UHGV virus genome: UHGV-0038496 | DNA length: 64,000 bases | Direction: 5' to 3' (one strand) | Source: a virus | Part shown: positions 62,863 through 64,000 of the stretch, in pieces | Position numbering within the stretch: the first letter of the stretch is position 1 | Layout of the letters: every line of letters begins with the position of its first letter | Notes under the pieces: generated by a model | The model's input: only the letters and a program-made list of their open reading frames with translations | What the model was told of the DNA's origin: nothing | Database searches by the model: none | Translations under genes and position numbers: made by a program

Positions 62863-63548
62863 TGTAGCCATTCAAGAGGCTCAGTAAGCTCCATTTTGTT
62901 ATGTTTTTCAAGATTCATTGCTGCTGGGATAAGCTGCCAGTTCATATGCCAGTGTAAACCACCTTTAGACAGTGGAATCATATGGTCTACGTGCCACTCT
63001 ATCCCAGTTTCTTCCTTACGGATTTCTGCAAGCTCAAACATCTCTTGCAGTACAAAATCATCAAAATCTGAATACCATTTTGGTATAGCGTGCCGTTTTA
63101 TCTCATTTCTGCGAATAGTTGCATTAAGAAACAAATGTTTATTTCGACGATAAGATGCTGCCCTGCGAGCTTTCATCTTCTCTGGGTTAGCCTTCTCCCT
63201 ACGCCTCCTGTTCTCACAGATTCTATCCTTGTTTTTAGCATAGCGTTGTTTATCGTACTCTCTTGCCTTTTCAACATCAGCAGCACGTTTCGCTTTGACC
63301 TTCTCTTTTATCTCTTCACCTTTCCTGGCATAATACTTTTTAGCACGTTGCTTGTGCTCTTCCAACAACTTCTCCCTATTATCAGCATAGTTCTGTCTGT
63401 CTTTCTCGCGGCTGCATTCCAAACATGCTCCGTTAACTGTTAATCTTTCACAAATGTGACCATGTTTGCAAGGCTTACCAGTAAAATAGCGCACCATTCC
63501 ACGTTCTTTAGCAATACTTCTTTGAATGATGTGTAAGTAAAGTTCCAT
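62856..63548 (-). CDS. free-standing HNH endonuclease with N-terminal Cys-rich zinc ribbon and basic coiled region
   Basis: Classic HNH core EWHVDHMIPLSKGGLHWHMNWQLIPAAMNLEKHNK; N-terminal CKHGHICERLTVNGACLEC; K/R-rich linker; RBS GGGGGTG. Confidence 0.75.
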   Translation of the reverse strand: MELYLHIIQRSIAKERGMVRYFTGKPCKHGHICERLTVNGACLECSREKDRQNYADNREKLLEEHKQRAKKYYARKGEEIKEKVKAKRAADVEKAREYDKQRYAKNKDRICENRRRREKANPEKMKARRAASYRRNKHLFLNATIRRNEIKRHAIPKWYSDFDDFVLQEMFELAEIRKEETGIEWHVDHMIPLSKGGLHWHMNWQLIPAAMNLEKHNKMELTEPLEWLHC

Positions 63549-63602
63549 AACACCCCCTATCTCATTTCAAAGAAAGTATAACACAACTGAATATAAAAAT
63601 AA

Positions 63603-63630
63603 AGCCCCAGACCCGAAAAGGTGTGGGGCT
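63603..63630 (-). terminator. rho-independent terminator
   Basis: AGCCCCA...TGGGGCT hairpin followed on the minus strand by TTTATTTTTATAT; downstream of the partial gene at 63653..64000. Confidence 0.6.
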
Positions 63631-63652
63631 AGTAGTGGTGTAATTTTTAATT

Positions 63653-64000
63653 TTACGCTCTAAGAGCTGCTTCGAAATCTTTCATCATGTTGGCGAAAGT
63701 TTTATTTCGAGCTAAGCTCACACCGTATTGTTTAGCGAATGCTTCAAGAGCCACTTTAGAGCCACTCTTGTCTGCTTCGTCTTCTAAAGCAGCAGCTTGC
63801 TGTAGGATGGCATCGACGCTATCGGGAGCAGCTTCTTCCATACTCATTGTCATTATAGCTGGCTCCGCATCCTGTGATTCAGCAGGCGCTGGAGTTTCAG
63901 TTTCACCACTGTCTTCTACAGGCGGTTCAGGTTCTTTCGGTTGTTCCGGTTCTGGCTCAGGATCAGGCTCTGGCGCTGCTGTAGAGATCAGACCTAAATT
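63653..64000 (-). CDS. hypothetical structural protein, partial (N-terminus beyond the window end)
   Basis: Continuous minus-strand reading frame from the window edge through a Pro/Glu-rich segment (PEPDPEPEPEQPKEPEPP) into the 66-aa track ORF ending ...FEAALRA. Confidence 0.45.
   Translation of the reverse strand, partial: NLGLISTAAPEPDPEPEPEQPKEPEPPVEDSGETETPAPAESQDAEPAIMTMSMEEAAPDSVDAILQQAAALEDEADKSGSKVALEAFAKQYGVSLARNKTFANMMKDFEAALRA

Noticed and set aside
1-64000. CRISPR arrays, tRNA genes, integrase or attachment sites
   Set aside because: No regularly spaced direct repeats, no tRNA-like structured segments in intergenic gaps, and no tyrosine or serine recombinase motifs noticed by eye; the region looks like a virulent phage.

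Overview
This window reads as a segment of a large virulent tailed phage (myovirus-like, about 43% GC by eye), not a bacterial chromosome. Bases 1-17,400 (minus strand) hold a replication/early module: a T7-like family A DNA polymerase, a gp4-like primase-helicase, a Dda/RecD-like helicase, an rIIA/rIIB-like pair, an AAA+ ATPase and many small overlapping ORFs. Bases 17,400-24,250 (plus strand) hold small early genes behind sigma70-like promoters, including a metallopeptidase+vWA protein and three tiny membrane proteins. Bases 24,330-64,000 (minus strand) hold a tail/baseplate/fibre module with at least six large fibre or spike-like proteins. The main result of the hunt is a dense set of selfish nucleases. 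Two related group I introns, each carrying an HNH homing endonuclease, appear to interrupt the DNA polymerase gene at motif C and, unusually, the tape measure gene. There are also two free-standing HNH genes and one Vsr-like nuclease with three zinc-ribbon repeats in its own promoter-terminator cassette. Other points are a recurring terminator-then-promoter arrangement with a shared extended -10 (TGGTATAAT) in the structural region, and paralogous tail-fibre genes with conserved ends and a divergent middle. Everything was read by eye from the sequence and ORF track; no searches or folding were run, so splice sites and regulatory coordinates are approximate (a few bases) and family assignments rest on remembered motifs.
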